Of a stretch of 37,847 nt of DNA, positions 34,643-37,847 are shown piece by piece. The translations under genes were made by a program, and so were the position numbers. The notes below the pieces were generated by a model, which saw nothing but the letters and a program-made list of their open reading frames with translations, was not told where the DNA came from and did no database searches. How positions within the stretch are numbered: position 1 is the first letter of the stretch; each line of letters starts with the position of its first letter. The DNA lies in contig CAZYPB010000001.1 of NCBI GenBank assembly GCA_964649265.1, positions 1 through 37,847 on the forward strand, in the 5' to 3' direction. This DNA is from Candidatus Micrarchaeota archaeon (GTDB taxonomy: Archaea; Micrarchaeota; Micrarchaeia; Burarchaeales; JAKAKT01).

Positions 34643-34680
34643 ACGGGTTTCCTCCCGTTCATTTTATTTTTTTGTCTTTT
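34642..34680 (+). terminator. Hairpin (AACGGG-tttcct-CCCGTT) plus long T-tract after the pilin-like gene
   Basis: Inverted repeat at 34642-34647 / 34654-34659, followed by a T-rich run. Confidence 0.65.
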
Positions 34681-34728
34681 CCACTACTTTTTTAAATAGA
34701 GACTTCAATAACCATTACAGGTGATCTG

Positions 34729-35529
34729 TTGCCCGAGATAAGCACAAAATATTACGCGTATGGAACCATGGGCCTTGGTGTTTTCTGTATTCTACTCTCA
34801 ATGAACACGAGCATCAACATAGTAACAGCACCACTTGCAGCAATATTGGTTTTCGCTTCATTTGTAATATTCAAATATGGTTACATAGTAATTCCACTCG
34901 TAACCAAAGGGCTTAGGATAATTGAGATAAGAGACAGCTTTGAGATCCCCCCTGGCCAAGAGGCAATAGTAAAGAAGATTGGTGGTTCCTACTATGCATC
35001 CTGTTATCTTTATGTCAGGATATATGAGAGCGTTACCGATAAAACAATGGATGAGAACCAACTCTATTCTGAATATTTCGAAAGAGCGATCTCTTCTGTG
35101 AGCTTCGTAGTTAAATTCTCAATGATGGTCTATGTCAAGGATCTGGCAAAACACAGGGAAACGATAGAGACAAAGAGGGCAGAGGCACAGTTGAGGCTTG
35201 CTAGAGAGAAAGAGAAACCGGAGCCAGATGTGCTTAGAATAGATAAATTTGAAAGAGAGGTTTCCATGTGGGACTCCCAACTTGCAAGGATAGCAAGTGG
35301 AGTAAAGCCAATGGGTACAGTCTGTTATATGATGACTACTGCAAAAGGAGTCTCAAAGGAAGCAGCAATAGCAGCTGCACTTAATCAGGCAAATGAACTG
35401 AGAGCTACTGTTTCAAATGCACTGAACACTGAGGTAAACCTGGTGAGCGGAGAGGAGATGAGGAAATGTTTTGAATGGGAATACTTCTTACCGCCTGGCC
35501 AGAAGGAGATGGAGGAAGCGGTGACTTAG
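34729..35529 (+). CDS. Two-TM membrane protein with cytoplasmic alpha/beta and coiled-coil domain; putative VirB3/PrgI-like partner of the ATPase
   Basis: Two N-terminal TMs, a GGTGA RBS, and a stop codon that abuts the ATPase start. Confidence 0.65.
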   Translation: MPEISTKYYAYGTMGLGVFCILLSMNTSINIVTAPLAAILVFASFVIFKYGYIVIPLVTKGLRIIEIRDSFEIPPGQEAIVKKIGGSYYASCYLYVRIYESVTDKTMDENQLYSEYFERAISSVSFVVKFSMMVYVKDLAKHRETIETKRAEAQLRLAREKEKPEPDVLRIDKFEREVSMWDSQLARIASGVKPMGTVCYMMTTAKGVSKEAAIAAALNQANELRATVSNALNTEVNLVSGEEMRKCFEWEYFLPPGQKEMEEAVT

Positions 35530-37068
35530 ATGGCCCTTGGAGCCAAGATAAAGATCTCTAACCTCTATAACAGGGATCTTTCAAGAAGAAACATATTCGT
35601 AAGACCTCCCGAGCCACCGGAAGAATACCTGATGAATGATCCCTCGGATTCACTTTACATAGGTAAGACAAAGATATTCCATGTGCCTTTCAGCTGGACT
35701 TTTAAAAGAGTTACAAATCCGCATATATGTATTGTGGGCATAACTGGTTCTGGTAAGAGTTACTTTGTAAAGACATTGTTAACAAGAGCTGCATTCGTGT
35801 GGAACACAAATGCGCTTATAATCGACTGGGCGGGGGAATACAAAGACTGGGTTAAGCAAGCAGGGGGAAAGGTGATCTCCCTAGGTAAAGGGGCATACAT
35901 AAACCTTCTTGACCTTGGAGGAATGAGGCCAATAGACAGGGTAAAGCAGGTAGTAAGAAGTCTCCAGATACTTACAGATATAGGACAATACCCTGAGCAG
36001 AGAAGACTGACAGAACAGTCAATAGAGGAATCCTATATCCAGGCAGGGTTTCATATGTCTGAAAAGATGCAGAGAGACCCTCTGGGAAACCCGCTTATAC
36101 CACCGACTCTTAAGGATGTTCAGAGAATATTGGAGGATAAGCTAAAGCAGGGCACATATGAGTTCCCGGCAGAACTAGAGAACGCAATATACAGAATAAA
36201 GCAGTTCACGCGCGAAGGAGAGAACTATTTTGCAGAACAGAGCACAATAGATCTGGACAGTGTAACTGGTTCAGGATTGGTTGATCTGGATATGTCTGGG
36301 CTTCCAGATGAGGTTTTCAGAGGCCTTGCAGGTCTCTCAATGCTTCAGTTCATTAAAGAGAAGATGAGGGAGGAAGGGTGGTCATCTGAAAAAGGCCTTA
36401 AGCTCATAGTTGTTCTCGATGAGGCCTGGAAGATCGCTAAGGATGAACACAGTGATGCAATAATGATTGTCAGGGAAGGCAGGAAATACCAATTCGGTCT
36501 CATAGTGGCATCACAGAACCCGACTGATATAAGTGAAACTATTTTCTCTAATGTGGGTACAACATTCATACTTAGGGTGAAGTTCGAATCATACCTTTCA
36601 TATCTGCAAGCATCACTAAATTTCAGCGACTATATGCGCGGGGAGATAAGCAAGTTCGGAGTAGGACAGTGCGCAGTCAATATGGCTTTCCAGACGACAG
36701 TTAAATTCTCAGAAACATTCCTTATTGAGAAAATCGACGGAGAGGAGCCATTACTCGAATATTTCATTGACCTTGCATCATTATATGAGGGAAGCAAAAA
36801 GGATATTGCGAAAACATACTCGTTCGAAAAGAACGACCTTATACAGAAGCTACGCTCATTTGGGGTTGGGGACTCCAGCATAGATTCACTAACAGACATG
36901 TTTGACAAAAACAAGAAACATATGGATGTGGTTCTTTTTGTTAGAATGCTTCTCCACAATGGGTTGGCAAAGATGAACATAATCTCGTTCCTAAAGGACA
37001 TCGGGATAGACGACGCAACAGTGATAAAGATATTCTCAAAATCATCCGAGGATGGAACGCAGATATGA
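35530..37068 (+). CDS. VirB4/HerA-FtsK superfamily ATPase
   Basis: NPHICIVGITGSGKS (Walker A), IIDWAGEY, VVLDEAW (Walker B), REGRKY and ASQ motifs. Confidence 0.9.
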   Translation: MALGAKIKISNLYNRDLSRRNIFVRPPEPPEEYLMNDPSDSLYIGKTKIFHVPFSWTFKRVTNPHICIVGITGSGKSYFVKTLLTRAAFVWNTNALIIDWAGEYKDWVKQAGGKVISLGKGAYINLLDLGGMRPIDRVKQVVRSLQILTDIGQYPEQRRLTEQSIEESYIQAGFHMSEKMQRDPLGNPLIPPTLKDVQRILEDKLKQGTYEFPAELENAIYRIKQFTREGENYFAEQSTIDLDSVTGSGLVDLDMSGLPDEVFRGLAGLSMLQFIKEKMREEGWSSEKGLKLIVVLDEAWKIAKDEHSDAIMIVREGRKYQFGLIVASQNPTDISETIFSNVGTTFILRVKFESYLSYLQASLNFSDYMRGEISKFGVGQCAVNMAFQTTVKFSETFLIEKIDGEEPLLEYFIDLASLYEGSKKDIAKTYSFEKNDLIQKLRSFGVGDSSIDSLTDMFDKNKKHMDVVLFVRMLLHNGLAKMNIISFLKDIGIDDATVIKIFSKSSEDGTQI

Positions 37069-37077
37069 GGTTAGTTT

Positions 37078-37374
37078 ATGGCGAAAAGCTTTAAGATAGA
37101 CAAAAACGAAATGAAGCAAAAGCTCCGAGATTTCGGACTAGATGATTCCCATATAGAGGAGATATGCGACCTATTCGACAAGAACAACAAGCACCTGGAT
37201 GTAATAAAATTTGCCATTCTGCTGGAGCGGTACGGTATAACAAGAATAAATATAGTCTCCTTTTTCAAGGACGCAGGAATCGATGATTCATCAGTTATTA
37301 ATATATTCTCAAAAGCTGATTTTGTTAAACTCGGTATGGAGAACAGGGAAGTAACTCAAGTTGTACTTTCCTAG
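37078..37374 (+). CDS. Small helical protein paralogous to the ATPase C-terminal domain
   Basis: Aligns without gaps to the last ~90 aa of the ATPase; GAGGT RBS. Confidence 0.85.
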   Translation: MAKSFKIDKNEMKQKLRDFGLDDSHIEEICDLFDKNNKHLDVIKFAILLERYGITRINIVSFFKDAGIDDSSVINIFSKADFVKLGMENREVTQVVLS

Positions 37375-37424
37375 TCTCGAGTAATTATTTAAATAAGTGG
37401 CTCATGATATGTATGGGTATTTCT

Positions 37425-37811
37425 ATGGCTACAAAGTGCATTGTGTGTGGAAAAACCAAGGCGGGGACTCCGGTTTCAGAGGATATCATAATACAGATTA
37501 TAAGGAAAATAAAACAGGCTTTTAATGTAGCAAAGAACAACAACCTAGTGGTCTGTTCCAGTTGCATCTCTGAACACAAGAAGAAGAGGGCGGAGTTTGA
37601 AAAGAAGCTAGTAAGGTACGGCGGGTTCGGTGCCATAATTGCATTGCTGTTCCTCATACTTTCATTTTCTCTGAAAGCTATCTTGGGGGGTCTATTCATA
37701 TTCCTTTTAATGCTGTCGTTTACTTTGACAAGTTACTACCCTGCAATTAAAACGCAGAAAACAAAACCAAAGAAAGTAAAACAGTTAAAGAGAAAGAGAA
37801 GGAAGAAGTGA
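37425..37811 (+). CDS. Zinc-ribbon-like (CxxC...CxxC) two-TM membrane protein with basic tail
   Basis: CIVC and CSSC motifs, a hydrophobic hairpin and a Lys/Arg tail, with TTTAAATA upstream. The start could also be 37404 or 37413. Confidence 0.75.
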   Translation: MATKCIVCGKTKAGTPVSEDIIIQIIRKIKQAFNVAKNNNLVVCSSCISEHKKKRAEFEKKLVRYGGFGAIIALLFLILSFSLKAILGGLFIFLLMLSFTLTSYYPAIKTQKTKPKKVKQLKRKRRKK

Positions 37812-37847
37812 TAGTATGGATGTACTTGGCAAGACGAAATATAAGGG

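Noticed and set aside
37816-37847. Possible start of a further gene (MDVLGKTKYK...)
   Set aside because: Only 10 full codons are visible before the window ends, so it cannot be assigned.
1-37847. tRNA, rRNA, CRISPR array or IS elements
   Set aside because: Intergenic gaps are all short (under about 100 bp) and I saw no such structure, repeat-spacer pattern or transposase motif.

Overview
A gene-dense archaeal chromosomal segment. GGTGA/GGAGG ribosome-binding sites, TATA-type promoters and Cys-rich surface proteins suggest a DPANN lineage, most plausibly Micrarchaeota-like (inference, not established). From left to right it holds: a truncated giant Ig-like/Cys-rich surface protein; a fused membrane/spermidine-synthase-like protein; a glutamate-dehydrogenase homolog that has lost its catalytic motifs; a processive GT2 with a thioredoxin-fold partner; a complete 14-gene Mrp-linked membrane-bound [NiFe]-hydrogenase operon (mbhA-N order) with hypA, hypF, hypC, hypD and hypE and an embedded beta-CASP nuclease; a form III RuBisCO; three orphan genes; an ABC exporter; a Cys-repeat protein; PfpI; and the start of a minimal type-IV-secretion-like locus (VirB2/TrbC-like pilin, membrane partner, VirB4/HerA-like ATPase, a stand-alone copy of the ATPase C-terminal domain, and a Zn-ribbon membrane protein). 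Among the orphans, the outer two share an MFxFQ N-terminus and a GTACTTAAA box exactly 33 nt upstream, and two share a C-terminal domain containing a 160-bp identical block. The best candidates for an undescribed system are the T4SS-like locus and this orphan cluster, which might encode its substrates. No tRNA, rRNA, CRISPR array or transposase was seen.
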